A stretch of DNA of 64,000 nucleotides from Camelus dromedarius (taxonomy: Eukaryota): NCBI RefSeq assembly GCF_036321535.1, contig NC_087436.1, forward strand, positions 92,940,001 through 93,004,000. Reading direction: 5' to 3'. Each line of letters opens with the position of its first letter. The stretch's first letter is position 1. The position numbers were made by a program, and so were the translations under genes. The notes below the pieces were generated by a model that was not told where the DNA came from, made no database searches, and saw only the letters and a program-made list of their open reading frames with translations. Of this stretch, positions 63,628 through 64,000 are shown piece by piece.

Positions 63628-64000
63628 TTCTTTCTTTTTTTTTTTAATTGGAGTATAGTTGATTTACAATGCTGTGTTAGTTTCTGGTGTACAGCATAGT
63701 GATTTAGTTATACATGTATGTATTTTTTTTCATTACAGATTATTACAAGCTACTGAATATAGTCCCCTGTGCTGTACAGTAGGAGCTTGTTGTTTATCTA
63801 TTTTATACATAGTAGTGTGTATCTGCTAATCCCAAATTCCCAATTTATCCCTACCCACCTTCCCTCTTGGTAGCCATAAGTTTGTTTTGTATGTCTATGA
63901 GTCTGTTTCTGTTTTGTAAATAAGTTCATTTGTATCTTTTTTTTAGATTACACGTATAAATGATATCATATGGTATTTGTCTTTCTCTATCTGACTTACT
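63628..64000 (-). mobile_element. Younger artiodactyl-type L1 3' end, running off the window
   Basis: polyT then aattggagtatagttgatttacaat...gaatatagtcccctgtgctgtacagtagg...gatatcatatggtatttgtctttctct. Confidence 0.9.

Overview
Mammalian genomic DNA, CpG-depleted and dominated by interspersed repeats (MIR, L2, old L1M, MaLR/ERVL LTRs, hAT MER elements). Six copies of a tRNA-Ala-derived SINE of the camelid Vic-1 type suggest a camel/llama/alpaca genome (inference). I recognise no known protein-coding gene. Most track ORFs are repeat-derived or chance frames, many starting at GTG/TTG. The informative part is the first ~2.5 kb, which lies in ~6 kb where I see no transposon. It looks like the 5' end of a minus-strand spliced transcript: a canonical TATA box (2143-2136), a 99-nt exon (1438-1340), an 81-nt GC-AG intron and a 43-nt exon (1258-1216). 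Splicing these exons creates a 35-codon ORF absent from the track, MQSFSKADFCFLEGFDTRIKQLEKTLRIRFGRRNQ. It ends in an RFamide-type amidation/cleavage signature (RF-G-RR) and is preceded in frame by KRK. A well-formed candidate exon ~37 kb upstream (38211-38082) would join it in frame, but no signal peptide was found, so a neuropeptide role is speculative. The rest reads as upstream or intronic regulatory landscape: several motif-dense islands, a CTCF site, a decayed ERVL pro/pol fossil, nested insertions and a 285-bp pure-purine tract. Repeat subfamily names come from recall of consensus sequences and boundaries are approximate.
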